Of a DNA stretch of 64,000 nt, positions 17,966-27,205 are shown in pieces. Positions within the stretch are counted from its first letter, which is position 1, and each line of letters begins with the position of its first letter. This DNA is from an uncultured Fibrobacterota bacterium (GTDB taxonomy: Bacteria; Fibrobacterota; Chitinivibrionia; Chitinivibrionales; FEN-1185), in contig CAVWBU010000015.1 in the NCBI GenBank assembly GCA_963753345.1, forward strand, positions 50,337-114,336, read 5' to 3'. Position numbers and translations under genes: made by a program. Below the pieces are notes generated by a model that made no database searches, had not been told where the DNA came from, and worked only from the letters and a program-made list of their open reading frames with translations.

Positions 17966-18663
17966 GGTGTCGGTACCGTCCGTTTCTTTTCTGCCTGCAC
18001 CTCGCTGAGGTAGCGCGGCACGATGTTTTCCGCAGTCGTCCATCCGGCGCTGTCGCCGTTGCGGAGGCCGGCAATCATGGCGCAAGAGAGCCCGCGCTGG
18101 AGCGGGAATCGTTCAACGGGAAATACCGAAGTCCTGCCTTTCAGAAAATCGAATGCCGTGCTTCTTGCATAGCCGAGCGTGTCCGTGATCACAATGTCGT
18201 TATTGGAAACGGCCTGCTTGAATTCCTCGACCGTGGAGAGAACGTCGTCCGAGAGGCGCGCCATTGCGCCGCCGCATTTTTCGAACCTGGCCGAGAACAC
18301 CTGGCCGTTGCGCGCGTCCGACGCGCACACGATGAGGGCGTCACGCGCGTGCCAGGCTCCCGCCATGCTTTCCAGAGAGGAAACCGGCAGCACGCGGCCG
18401 TCGCGGCCGAAAAGAAAACCCTTGAGAAAAGCAATGCCGATGCGCAGGCCGGTAAACGAACCGGGCCCCACCGCGATTGCGGCATGAGAAATTTCCGAGG
18501 GTTTCACCTTGTTCGCGGCCAGAAGATAATCCACTGCCTGGCTGATGTGCTCGGCGTGCGAATTGCGCAGGTATCTCGACACCGCCATCACGGGACAGCC
18601 GTCCGAGGCGAGGCCGATGCCGAGCTCGATGGACGATGTGTCGATGCCGAGCGTGTGATTCAT
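17962..18663 (-). CDS. tsaB: tRNA threonylcarbamoyladenosine biosynthesis protein TsaB
   Basis: 233 aa from MNHTLGIDTS. GIDTS....G.......H.E.....V...L........I.AIAVGPGSFTGLRIG is the YeaZ/TsaB signature. Confidence 0.85.
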   Translation of the reverse strand: MNHTLGIDTSSIELGIGLASDGCPVMAVSRYLRNSHAEHISQAVDYLLAANKVKPSEISHAAIAVGPGSFTGLRIGIAFLKGFLFGRDGRVLPVSSLESMAGAWHARDALIVCASDARNGQVFSARFEKCGGAMARLSDDVLSTVEEFKQAVSNNDIVITDTLGYARSTAFDFLKGRTSVFPVERFPLQRGLSCAMIAGLRNGDSAGWTTAENIVPRYLSEVQAEKKRTVPTP

Positions 18664-18671
18664 GCTGGGTG

Positions 18672-19715
18672 TCAGGGCGTTATCGGGTTTTTGAGCGCGA
18701 CCTGTATCATCAGGTCGATAAGCTGCCTGTACGTGCCTCCGGCCGCCTTGAAAGATTTGGGAAGCAGCGAATTGGCGGTGAGGCCCGGAAGCGAGTTGAT
18801 CTCGAGAACGTACAGCGTTCCGTCTTGAGCGAGGATCATGTCGGTGCGCGACACGCCACGGCACGAAAGAATCGCGTGGCATCGCAGAGCAAGGTCCTGG
18901 ATCCGGTTGACAAGCTCCTTGCCGCGCCGGATGGGCACGATTTCCTCGGATCCGCCGTCATCGTATTTCGCCTTGAAGTTGAAGTAATTGGCCTTGAGCG
19001 GCCGGATCTCTACGGGCGGAAGCGCCTTGACAGTGCCGTCCGGCATTTCGAGCACCGGACAGGTGAATTCCGGGCCCTTGATTCCTTTCTCTATGAGAAT
19101 CTCCGGAGAATACTGGAGCATTTCCTCCATTTTGGTGCCGAGTCCGGCGCCGCAGTCCACGCGGGTCATGAGTCTGCTCGAACCGGACTGCGGGCACTTT
19201 ACATACATGGGATAATCGAGCCTGTCTGCAAGGAAACGCCACGTCACTTCCGGATGGCCTCTCCCAGCGATGTAGAACGGGGGAGTCTTGATGTTGTTCT
19301 GTTCGAACATGAACTTGGTAGCGATTTTATTCATTGCCACTGCGCTTGCGAATACGCTCGACCCGGTGTAGGGGACCATGATGGTGTCGAGGTATCCCTG
19401 CAGCAGGCCGTCTTCCCCGAAGGAACCGTGCACGGCGAGAAAGGCGACGTCGCAGTTTTTCCAGACCGCCTCGGACGCGTACGGCTTGAACGGCCCCTTA
19501 AAGCGCTTGCTTTTTGCGGGGTCGGCAAGCTCGTCTGTCGTGGGAAGATTCTTCGCAATATCGCAAAAGAAGAATTCCTGGTCTACGGAAATCACCACCG
19601 CTCTTGCAGAATATTTCCTGCGGTTAATGTTTTTGAGGACCTCGTGTCCGGACAACAGCGAGATTTCGTGCTCGGCCGAAGGGCCGCCCATCACCACGTT
19701 TACGCGGAGAGGCAT
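18672..19715 (-). CDS. ddl: D-alanine--D-alanine ligase
   Basis: 347 aa. GGPS.EHEISL.S, HG.FGEDG.LQG.L, and an ATP-grasp C-terminus (RTD....[15 protein letters not shown]). Confidence 0.93.
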   Translation of the reverse strand: MPLRVNVVMGGPSAEHEISLLSGHEVLKNINRRKYSARAVVISVDQEFFFCDIAKNLPTTDELADPAKSKRFKGPFKPYASEAVWKNCDVAFLAVHGSFGEDGLLQGYLDTIMVPYTGSSVFASAVAMNKIATKFMFEQNNIKTPPFYIAGRGHPEVTWRFLADRLDYPMYVKCPQSGSSRLMTRVDCGAGLGTKMEEMLQYSPEILIEKGIKGPEFTCPVLEMPDGTVKALPPVEIRPLKANYFNFKAKYDDGGSEEIVPIRRGKELVNRIQDLALRCHAILSCRGVSRTDMILAQDGTLYVLEINSLPGLTANSLLPKSFKAAGGTYRQLIDLMIQVALKNPITP

Positions 19716-21034
19716 AGGTTTGCTTCCTTTATTTTTTTAGCGATGACGTCGACGCATTGCGCGGCCGCGATGCGGTACTGCTGGCGTGAATCGCGCTCCC
19801 GCACCGTCACGGTGTCGTCCTGGATCGACTGGCCGTCCACCGTGATGCAGTAGGGGGTGCCTGCCTCGTCCTGGCGCGCATATCGGCGGCCGATCGCAGA
19901 ATTAAGATCGAAAGAAGCCCGCACCGAATTGTCAAGCAGATCCTTGTATATCTTTTCCGCCTTTTCCGGCATGCCCTCCTTCTTCACAAGGGGGAGCACC
20001 GCCGCCTTGATGGGCGCGAGCGCCGGATGGAACCGCATGATCACCCGCTGGGCGTCCTCCTTGTCGACGTCGTACGCGTCGATGAGGAAGGCGAGCGTGG
20101 CGCGGTCCGCGCCGGCTGCCGGTTCGATCACGTAGGGGAAAATGTGCTGCTTGGACTCCTCGTCGAAATAGGAGAGGTCCCTGCCGCTGGACTCCGTGTG
20201 CCTTTTAAGGTCGAAATCGGTGCGGTTGGCGATGCCTTCCAGCTCGCTCCACCCGAACGGGAACTGGTATTCCACGTCGGCACAAGCCTTGGCATAATGC
20301 GCAAGCTCGTCCTGCGCATGATCGCGCAGCCGGAGGTTGTCTTTCTTGATGCCGAGCCGAAGATACCACGAAAGCCTCGCGTTGCGCCAGTATTCGTACC
20401 ACTCTGCGTCGGTGCCCGGCATGCAGAAGAACTCCATTTCCATTTGCTCGAACTCGCGCGTGCGGTAGGTGAAGTTGCCGGGCGTTATCTCGTTGCGGAA
20501 GCTTTTGCCGATCTGGGCGATGCCGAACGGCGGCTTGAGCCGCGCGGCCTGCTGGACATTGAGGAAATTTACGAAAATGCCCTGCGCAGTTTCCGGCCGC
20601 ATGTACACGACCGCCGAAGAGTCTTCAACAGGGCCCATGAATGTTTTAAACATCAGGTTGAATTTCCGCACGCCGGTGAGCTCGCCGCCGCACTTGGGAC
20701 ATTTTGTGAGGTCGGTGAGGTGGTCGGCGCGGAACCGTTCCTTGCACGATTTGCAGTCGACAAGCGGGTCGGTGAAGCCAGCGAGATGGCCGGACGCTTC
20801 CCAGACCTTGGGATGCATGAGAATTGCCGCGTCGAGTCCCACGATGTCGCGGCGGTTGGTCACCATGGACTTCCACCATGCCTCTTTGACGTTGCGCTTG
20901 AGCTCGACGCCGAGAGGGCCATAGTCCCAGCAGCTTGTCAGGCCGCCGTAGATCTCGCTTGACTGGAAAATAAATCCGCGTCTCTTGCACAAAGACACGA
21001 TGGTTGTCATGAGGTCGGGAGCCTTTTGAGCCAT
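19700..21034 (-). CDS. glyQS: Glycine--tRNA ligase (class II, GlyQS type)
   Basis: 444 aa from [27 protein letters not shown]...[36 protein letters not shown], and IEPAAGADR. Confidence 0.95.
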   Translation of the reverse strand: MAQKAPDLMTTIVSLCKRRGFIFQSSEIYGGLTSCWDYGPLGVELKRNVKEAWWKSMVTNRRDIVGLDAAILMHPKVWEASGHLAGFTDPLVDCKSCKERFRADHLTDLTKCPKCGGELTGVRKFNLMFKTFMGPVEDSSAVVYMRPETAQGIFVNFLNVQQAARLKPPFGIAQIGKSFRNEITPGNFTYRTREFEQMEMEFFCMPGTDAEWYEYWRNARLSWYLRLGIKKDNLRLRDHAQDELAHYAKACADVEYQFPFGWSELEGIANRTDFDLKRHTESSGRDLSYFDEESKQHIFPYVIEPAAGADRATLAFLIDAYDVDKEDAQRVIMRFHPALAPIKAAVLPLVKKEGMPEKAEKIYKDLLDNSVRASFDLNSAIGRRYARQDEAGTPYCITVDGQSIQDDTVTVRERDSRQQYRIAAAQCVDVIAKKIKEANLCLSA

Positions 21035-21045
21035 TACATATTCCT

Positions 21046-22041
21046 TTATGTCTTCAGCGTAAGCTGCTGTTGTTTCGAAAGATACTTCTTTAGATTCAAG
21101 GTGAGCCTTTGCATGATCGGCTTGGAAACATCCACCTCGAAATCCATGCCGGTTATCATTTCGTAAAGACGGATATACCGGTGCGAAAGCTCGATCACAA
21201 GTTCTTTCGGTGCAGCCGGCAGCACCGCGTCCTTGTACGGATCGCAATGCTCCTTGAACCAGAGACGCAGAAATTCCTTGTCGATGTTTTCCGGTTCCTG
21301 CCCGTCTTGTATGCGCTGTTTGTAACTGTCCGCGAGCCAGTAGCGCGAAGAGTCCGGGGTATGGATTTCGTCAATGAGCAAGATGTTCCCCTTGTCGTCC
21401 GTGCCGAGTTCGTATTTGGTGTCCACCAGAATGAGACCGTTCTGGCCCGCGATGTCGGTTCCGCGGCTGAAAAGCCCGAACACGATTTCCTCGAGTTTCT
21501 TCCACGTCTTTGCGTCGACAATGCCGCGGCCTACGATTTCCTTTGCGGAAATCGATTCATCATGCTCGTCCGATTTCGTGGTTGGCGTTAAAATCGGCTT
21601 GACGAATTTCTGGTTCTTGGTCATGCCGTCCGGCAGTATGTTTCCGCAAATGTCGCGCTTCCCCTTGGTATACTGCGTCCATGCGGACGTGTCGGTCGAC
21701 CCGGTGAGATACCCGCGAACCACGAATTCGACGGGGAAGACCCTGCATTTTTTCGCCACCGTAACGTTCGGATCGGGCACGTCGAGCACCGCGTTTGCGA
21801 CAATGTCACTTGTGTTGTCAAACCAGAACGCGCTCACCTGGTTGAGCGCCTGTCCTTTGAACGGGATCGAGGCGAGGATGCGGTCAAAGGCGCTCTGGCG
21901 GTCGGTGGTGATGAGGAGCATCCTGTCGCCGAGATCGTAGGTGTCGCGCACCTTGCCCTTCTTCCGATTCGGCACGTTGAGAAACGACGTGTCGTCGAGG
22001 CAGTTGGCAAGGTTTTTTTCTATAAGTTCTTTTGAAACCAT
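21046..22041 (-). CDS. purC: Phosphoribosylaminoimidazole-succinocarboxamide synthase (long form)
   Basis: 331 aa from [14 protein letters not shown].......ITTDR.SAFD, and LVDTKYE.G......[14 protein letters not shown]. Confidence 0.93.
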   Translation of the reverse strand: MVSKELIEKNLANCLDDTSFLNVPNRKKGKVRDTYDLGDRMLLITTDRQSAFDRILASIPFKGQALNQVSAFWFDNTSDIVANAVLDVPDPNVTVAKKCRVFPVEFVVRGYLTGSTDTSAWTQYTKGKRDICGNILPDGMTKNQKFVKPILTPTTKSDEHDESISAKEIVGRGIVDAKTWKKLEEIVFGLFSRGTDIAGQNGLILVDTKYELGTDDKGNILLIDEIHTPDSSRYWLADSYKQRIQDGQEPENIDKEFLRLWFKEHCDPYKDAVLPAAPKELVIELSHRYIRLYEMITGMDFEVDVSKPIMQRLTLNLKKYLSKQQQLTLKT

Positions 22042-22147
22042 GAATGGTCCTGCGGGCCGGATCGGTTTGAAAAGCGGTTGGTAAAGCACTTGGAAAACGA
22101 TGTAACAAAATAGTTTATGTCGGATATGATCGGATAGGAGGAGAAAA

Positions 22148-22162
22148 AATGGGCGTTCCCCC
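22148..22162 (-). repeat. Isolated family-A 3'-terminal motif
   Basis: AATGGGCGTTCCCCC (minus strand GGGGGAACGCCCATT) with no A core attached. Confidence 0.5.
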
Positions 22163-22191
22163 ATGTAGAGCTGTATCAAAATAATGCAAAT

Positions 22192-22336
22192 TTGGTGGGG
22201 GAGGTGTCCCCCTGGCCCCAAGTCTCCTCGCCACGCTCCGCGCGTCTGCGGGGTCTTGGGGCACACCCCCTCGTGGGTAGCCCCCTATGGAGTTACTTTG
22301 CGAGAAAGAAGCCTAGGCTGCGGGGGCACCAAGAAA
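22192..22336 (+). repeat. Family-B structured intergenic repeat (subtype B2, divergent middle)
   Basis: TTGGTGGGGGAGGTGTCCCCCTGG....GGCACACCCCCTCGTGGGTAGCCCCCTATGGAGTTACTTTGCGAGAAAGAAGCCTAGGCTGCGGGGGCACCAAGAAAC. Confidence 0.8.
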
Positions 22337-22381
22337 CATTGTGGAATGATGATCGCAGAATGCGGAATAAGGCAGAAGAAT

Positions 22382-22436
22382 GTCATTGCGAGCCCCTCGT
22401 CAGAGCTCGGGATAAACTCCGCGAAGCACCGTAACT
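22382..22436. repeat. GTCATTGCGAGC-type short palindromic repeat (family D)
   Basis: GTCATTGCGAGCCCCTCGTCAGAGCTCGGG...CGCGAAGCACC. It shares the GTCATTGCGAGC..GCGAAGCA frame with 54358..54386. Confidence 0.5.
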
Positions 22437-22590
22437 AGGATCGCATACAATCCTAAAGGAGTAGCTGCGAAGCGAATCTACAGTTGATTCTTCAGAATAT
22501 GAATTCCTTTTGACCTCTCCCCCAACCCCTCTCCGGACAGAGAGGAGAGTGACAGATGCGAAAGCCGTGCTGAGAGTTGGGCTGTGTCTT

Positions 22591-22772
22591 ATGCGCCGCG
22601 CCAGGCCGGACTGCAAGGTGCGCCAGAGCGCATTGCCGGCCGACCCCGCCGCCAGGCATAGGGGCGGTTCGGCAACGAGGCCTTGGCCGAGCCTGGAAGG
22701 AGGGCCGCCGCCGTCTTCGGCGGGGCGCCCAAATCTTCTCTTGAGTTTTGAGACCGGCTGTGCTTCTCCCCC
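22591..22772 (+). repeat. Family-A repeat (type I, no 5' TTGAC arm) plus C extension
   Basis: GCGCCGCGCCAGGCCGGACTGCAAGGTGCGC-CAGA-GCGCATTGCCGGCCGACCCCGCC..GGGGCGGTTCGGCAACGAGGCCTTGGCCGAGCCTGGAAGGAGGGCCGCCGCC-GTCT-TCGGCGGGGCGCCCAAAT, followed by C (TTGAGTTTTGAGACCGGCTGTGCTTCTCCCCC). Confidence 0.8.
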
Positions 22773-22974
22773 GATATTAATTGAATTTGAATTTAAAGTC
22801 CCATGTTTTCAATTTGGCAAATATACGATAGAAGGGTTATATTCTGTAATAGGGGGAAGATTACCGCGCGCCTGCGCGGTCGACCATCGGTTCCGGTTCG
22901 CGGTACTGATATTTCCGCTAGTGAAAAATACTCCAATGTCAATGACGTACTTTAAGCGTTAAAGGGGGAGTGCT

Positions 22975-25776
22975 ATGAGGTGCAGAGACAAGTTTGTGAT
23001 GTTGTCGATCATTGCGGCAATCGCCGTATGTTCCGCCGAAACCTATGTCCCGCAGTTCGGCAACCGGGTCAAGATCAACTTCGGCGCCACGCCGTGGAAA
23101 TTCACGAAAGGCGACGCGCTCAACGCCCAGCTCCCGGCTACCAGCGACGCCGCGTGGAGCACGGTGGGCGTTCCGCACACCTGGAGCGACACGGAATCGT
23201 TCAACAACCAGATGGGGGGCGGGGCCACGGGTTCGATGTACGGCGGAGTTGCCTGGTACCGAAAGCACTTCACGCTTGACAACGGCTATTCCGGCAGAAA
23301 ACTGTTCGTCGAAATCGAGGGTGCGCACCTGGGCGCTGCGGTATACATCAACGGAACGTTTCTCCCCGGCAACGACGGCATCAACGCCAATGCAACGCAT
23401 GTGGTGGGGTTCATCGGGTTTGTCGTGGATATCACGCCGTATGCGAAATTCGGCGGCGCGGACAATGTCCTGGCCGTTCGGATGAGCGGCAACGGCGGAT
23501 TCTTCACCTATCCGGGGTTCTCGATAGACTTCCGGTTCGGCCAGGGAGACTACGGGCTTTTTCGCCCCGTGTGGCTCCATGTAACCGACCCCGTCCACGT
23601 GCCGCTTAACGTGTACTCGGTGCTCAACCAGTGGGGAACCTACGTGGCCACCGTGTCGGCCACCGACGCGTCGGCAACCATCCGCGTGCTCACGAACGTG
23701 AGAAACGACAATGCCGCGGCACAGACCGTCACCCTCACCACCAAGGTGGTTGACGCAGCAAACAACGTGGTTTTGACAATGGATACCACCCAGTCGGTGG
23801 GAGCGGACACGAATTACGCGTTCGACCAGACCGGAACCATCGCTAACCCGACATTGTGGTATCCGGCGGGCAGCGCTTTTGGGAAGCCCTACATGTACCG
23901 GGTGTACCATATTGTCAAGGTGAACGGGAATGTGGTCGATGTCTTCGAAAGCCCGCTCGGCATACGGGTGATCACGTGGGACAAGAACTTCCCGTATATC
24001 AACGGCCACCAGCACTACATGTGGGGAGTTTCGGGCCGTTACGACTATCCCGCGCTGGGCACGGCCGTTCCCGAGGAACAGCAGTGGCGTGACGTGAAGC
24101 TCGCCGGCGAATGCAGCGCAAACCTGTGGCGGCCTGGCCATTCTTCGTCGAGTCCGGAGTTTGTCGCCGCGTGTGACGAGTACGGCGTGATGCTCGTGCA
24201 GCCGAGCGGCGAGCTCGAAGGAACGTTCGCCACGGGCAATCTCAACCCCACCAAGCAGGCCTACAAGACCCAACTGCACCGGGACATGGTCATCCGCGAC
24301 AGGAACCATCCGTCGGTCCTTGCGTGGGAAGTGAGCAATGGCCCCATCGATCCCACGTTTGCTTCCCAGCTCAAGACGGTTGCAAAGACGTGGGATTTTG
24401 TCAATACGAGGCCGCAGTCCGACAGGGGAGGGAGCGCGGCGGATCCGACCATCGCAGACCTGATCTCCTGTTCCTCGTCCGGCTGCGAGATCGCCATGAA
24501 GAACGGACTGCCGAACACCCCGTGCTGGGGTGCCGAGGCTTGGGGCGGCAACCGCACCGCGCGGTTTGCATGGGATTATGAGATCGCGTTTGCCGGCCAG
24601 TACATTCAGAACTGGAGAAAGTCCAGACAGGCGAACTGCTTCGGTCTTGCGCACTGGTATCTTTGCGAGGCGCCGGGCGAATCAGGCGCGTTCCTGGAAG
24701 GTGTTGCGGAAGGCAACGTGCGGTCGTTCGGTTCATCGATGATGGATTTCAACCGCATTCCGAAGCTGATGTACTACATCTACCAGGCGGCATGGACGCC
24801 GTATTCGGTGAAGCCCGTGGTTGCGCTTGCGCATCACTGGAACAGGTCGGGCACCGTTCAGGTCAATGCATTCAGCAACTGCCCGAGCGTTCAGCTCAGG
24901 ATCAACGGCAACGCCCAGGGCGCAAAGACCCCGAATGCGTGGACCGGCACGGGCGACGGCACCGACCAGAACACCACGCAGCTGCCGTTTCAGTGTTCCT
25001 GGAGCGTGTCGTGGGCCGCGGGTACGGTCCGCGCCGAGGGGCTTGACGCAAGCGGAAACGTTGTCTGCTTTGACGAAAGGACGACCGCGGGCGCACCGGC
25101 TAAGATCGTCTTGAGCGTTGAGCCGCCGCTTGTCAAGCCGGACGGCGACACGTTCCAGATCACGGCCAACGGCAGCGACGCGGCATTCATCCTTGCGAAG
25201 GTCGTTGACGCAAACGGAATCTGGTGTCCCACGGCGAGCAATCCGGTAACGTTCTCCGTTTCCGCGCTGGGCAACTACCGCGGCGGGTCGGACCAGTACG
25301 TTACCTCTGGGAAACCCATTGACTACCATTCGCCGCTCGACCCGGAACTTTCCGCAGAAGGCGGTATGTGCAAAGTTGCGGTGCGCTCAATGTTCACGCC
25401 GGGAACGGTGACGGTCACCGCCGCCTCCGCGGGACTGACGTCGGGCACTGCGTCGTTCACCGTGTATCCCGTGCCTCCGGTTCCGCCGGTTTCTGTCCAC
25501 AATCCTGTTGCTCTTCCCGGCGCATCCGTCGCGCAGATTGTCCGCATGAGGTCGGTCGGCAACGGCGTGCGGTATTTCCTCACGAGGCCCGCAGGCGTTT
25601 CGTTTGAAATTCTCGACGCCGCAGGCAAGATCGTGCAGAGGACCGCAATCCCGGCGCAGACTCAGGGATGGCACCTGCTGCGGCTTGATCAGGCGAAAGG
25701 TTCAGGGGTTTACATGGTGCGATGCACGGTTGACGGAGGAGGGCGGAACGTGTGCAGGGTGGTGATGACGAGGTAG
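22975..25776 (+). CDS. Secreted glycoside hydrolase family 2-like protein with Ig-like domains and T9SS-type C-terminal domain
   Basis: 933 aa with a signal peptide. GH2-like N-terminal sugar-binding region (WYRKHFTLD...GAAVYINGTF). Big_2-like domain (GDTFQITANGSDAAFILAKVVDANG). CTD ending GSGVYMVRCTVDGG..VCRVVMTR. Paralog of 60039..62819. Confidence 0.72.
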   Translation: MRCRDKFVMLSIIAAIAVCSAETYVPQFGNRVKINFGATPWKFTKGDALNAQLPATSDAAWSTVGVPHTWSDTESFNNQMGGGATGSMYGGVAWYRKHFTLDNGYSGRKLFVEIEGAHLGAAVYINGTFLPGNDGINANATHVVGFIGFVVDITPYAKFGGADNVLAVRMSGNGGFFTYPGFSIDFRFGQGDYGLFRPVWLHVTDPVHVPLNVYSVLNQWGTYVATVSATDASATIRVLTNVRNDNAAAQTVTLTTKVVDAANNVVLTMDTTQSVGADTNYAFDQTGTIANPTLWYPAGSAFGKPYMYRVYHIVKVNGNVVDVFESPLGIRVITWDKNFPYINGHQHYMWGVSGRYDYPALGTAVPEEQQWRDVKLAGECSANLWRPGHSSSSPEFVAACDEYGVMLVQPSGELEGTFATGNLNPTKQAYKTQLHRDMVIRDRNHPSVLAWEVSNGPIDPTFASQLKTVAKTWDFVNTRPQSDRGGSAADPTIADLISCSSSGCEIAMKNGLPNTPCWGAEAWGGNRTARFAWDYEIAFAGQYIQNWRKSRQANCFGLAHWYLCEAPGESGAFLEGVAEGNVRSFGSSMMDFNRIPKLMYYIYQAAWTPYSVKPVVALAHHWNRSGTVQVNAFSNCPSVQLRINGNAQGAKTPNAWTGTGDGTDQNTTQLPFQCSWSVSWAAGTVRAEGLDASGNVVCFDERTTAGAPAKIVLSVEPPLVKPDGDTFQITANGSDAAFILAKVVDANGIWCPTASNPVTFSVSALGNYRGGSDQYVTSGKPIDYHSPLDPELSAEGGMCKVAVRSMFTPGTVTVTAASAGLTSGTASFTVYPVPPVPPVSVHNPVALPGASVAQIVRMRSVGNGVRYFLTRPAGVSFEILDAAGKIVQRTAIPAQTQGWHLLRLDQAKGSGVYMVRCTVDGGGRNVCRVVMTR

Positions 25777-25811
25777 TTTGACAAAGCATAAATATCAAGA
25801 AGAAGAAAGAC

Positions 25812-25982
25812 TTGGGCGTTCCCCAAAAGGAAAGGCGCATTCATATGTGCCTTTCCTTTTGGGTCGGTCTCCCTCCGGGCTCGGCTGTTCGCCTCGTTGC
25901 CGCCTGTCCCAACCGCCTTCGGCTAGGGATCAGGCGGCAATGCGCTCCAGCGCACCCTCCGGTCCACCTAACGCGCGGGCAG
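25812..25982 (-). repeat. Family-A structured intergenic repeat (type I core, long terminal hairpin)
   Basis: The plus strand reads TTGGGCGTTCCCCAAAAGGAAAGGCGCA-ttcatat-GTGCCTTTCCTTTTGGGTCGG...CGCCTCGTTGCCGCC....GGCGGCAATGCGCTCCAGCGCACCCTCCGGTCCACCTAACGCGCGGG. Confidence 0.85.
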
Positions 25983-26041
25983 AGTGTGGGGTGCCGATGA
26001 CCTTCCAATTCTGATTGACAAAGTATACTTTTTCAGGCGGA

Positions 26042-26064
26042 GCGCAGGCGTTGCGCCTCGCGCA
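26042..26064. repeat. 23-nt GC palindrome-containing repeat (family E)
   Basis: GCGCAGGCGTTGCGCCTCGCGCA. The same string with one substitution occurs at 32410..32432. Confidence 0.55.
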
Positions 26065-26085
26065 GGTTGCGGCGCTTTTACAAAC

Positions 26086-26139
26086 TTCTTAACTGCTCAA
26101 CTTCTCAACCTCTCAACTTTCTTCTCGCGGTGCCCCCCC
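26086..26139 (-). repeat. GTTGAGNN octamer tract plus family-B 3'-end fragment
   Basis: The minus strand reads GGGGGGGCACCGCGAGAAG (B 3' end), followed by GTTGAGAG GTTGAGAA GTTGAGCA GTTAAGAA. Confidence 0.6.
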
Positions 26140-26202
26140 AGATAGTCTTTTTTTGCTCTACTAGATACTCTTTCTCTTTTTCGAAATCTCCCAACAAAAT
26201 TC

Positions 26203-26231
26203 TTGACACGTTACCCCTATATGTGTATATT
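26203..26231 (+). promoter_or_regulatory. Candidate sigma70-type promoter of lexA
   Basis: TTGACA (26203-26208), a 17-nt spacer, then TATATT (26226-26231), about 50 nt upstream of the lexA ATG. Confidence 0.55.
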
Positions 26232-26237
26232 ATACAC
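26223..26237. promoter_or_regulatory. Candidate LexA operator (perfect inverted repeat GTGTATA-T-TATACAC)
   Basis: 15-nt perfect palindrome overlapping the putative -10 box. It resembles the gammaproteobacterial CTGTATAT..ATACAG box but is one nt shorter. A second TGTATAC occurs at about 26247. Confidence 0.5.
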
Positions 26238-26279
26238 GTCACCCATGTATACTATCCACCCACCCAATGGAACCACGAA

Positions 26280-26957
26280 ATGACATCTGCCATGAATATC
26301 AGCAGTGCAGGCGAGGGCGATAAAACCGTCACCGAAACTGCGCTCACAAAGAAGCAGAAAATGGTGCTCGACTTCATCGAGTCGCGGTACGTGGAGGCGG
26401 GGAGAGCGCCCACGTACGAAGAAATCGCGGCAAAGTTCAAATGGCGCTCGGCAAATTCCGTCACCAACCATGTCGCTGCGCTGCGAGAAAAGGGCTACAT
26501 CGCCGAGACAGGAGGCAAAAACCGTCACGTGACGCCCACGCGCATCGTGCGCATGCATCCGCGGCAGACCACGCGAATTCCTCTTATCGGCAGCATTGCG
26601 GCCGGCGCGCCCATCGAGGCGATAGAAAATGTTGAGACCTGGTTCGAATGGGACGCGCTCGGCGTCACCAACGAGCGGGGAGACAAGTTCGCGTTGCGCG
26701 TAAAGGGCAATTCCATGGTCAACCGCGGCATCCGCAACGGTGACATCGTGGTGGTGCAGCGCCAGTCGTTCGTCACGCGGCGCGACGTTGCCGCGGTGCG
26801 CGTGGGCAGCGAAGTCACGCTCAAGTATGTAAAGCAGGAGGCAAACAGCATAAGGCTCATACCCGACAACGACTTCGTTGCGCCATTGACCGTCGCGCCG
26901 ACAGATGATTTCGAGGTTATGGGGAAGGTGGTAAGGCTATTTAGAGAGGATATATAA
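26280..26957 (+). CDS. lexA: LexA repressor
   Basis: 225 aa from MTSAMNI. Winged-helix N-domain (KQKMVLDFIESRYVEAGRAPTYEEIA), an Ala-Gly cleavage site (IAAGAPIEA), and a catalytic Ser (GNSM) and Lys (TLKYV). Confidence 0.92.
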   Translation: MTSAMNISSAGEGDKTVTETALTKKQKMVLDFIESRYVEAGRAPTYEEIAAKFKWRSANSVTNHVAALREKGYIAETGGKNRHVTPTRIVRMHPRQTTRIPLIGSIAAGAPIEAIENVETWFEWDALGVTNERGDKFALRVKGNSMVNRGIRNGDIVVVQRQSFVTRRDVAAVRVGSEVTLKYVKQEANSIRLIPDNDFVAPLTVAPTDDFEVMGKVVRLFREDI

Positions 26958-26974
26958 CTAAAATAATAAATAAG

Positions 26975-27142
26975 ATGGGCGTTCCCTTGGCAGAGGCGCA
27001 AGATTTTTCGCCTCTGCCAAGGGCGGCCCTCGCTCCGGTCTCGGCCTTCGGCCTCGGGCGGCCTGCCACAAAGGCCCTGCGGGCCGTGGTCAGGCCGCAC
27101 CGTGCTCCAGCGCGGCCTCCGTTCCGGCCTAACGCGGCGCAG
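26975..27142 (-). repeat. Family-A structured intergenic repeat (type II-like, no 5' arm)
   Basis: The plus strand reads ATGGGCGTTCCCTTGGCAGAGGCG-caagattttt-CGCCTCTGCCAAGGGCGGCC..GGTCTCGGCCTTCGGCCTCGGGCGGCCTGCC...GGCCTAACGCGGCGCAG. It starts 18 nt after the lexA stop codon. Confidence 0.8.
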
Positions 27143-27205
27143 AGGTTTGTTGGCCTGTCTGTTTTATTCTGCATCCGCCCTAACTTTTTGCAGGTTTTTA
27201 AACAG

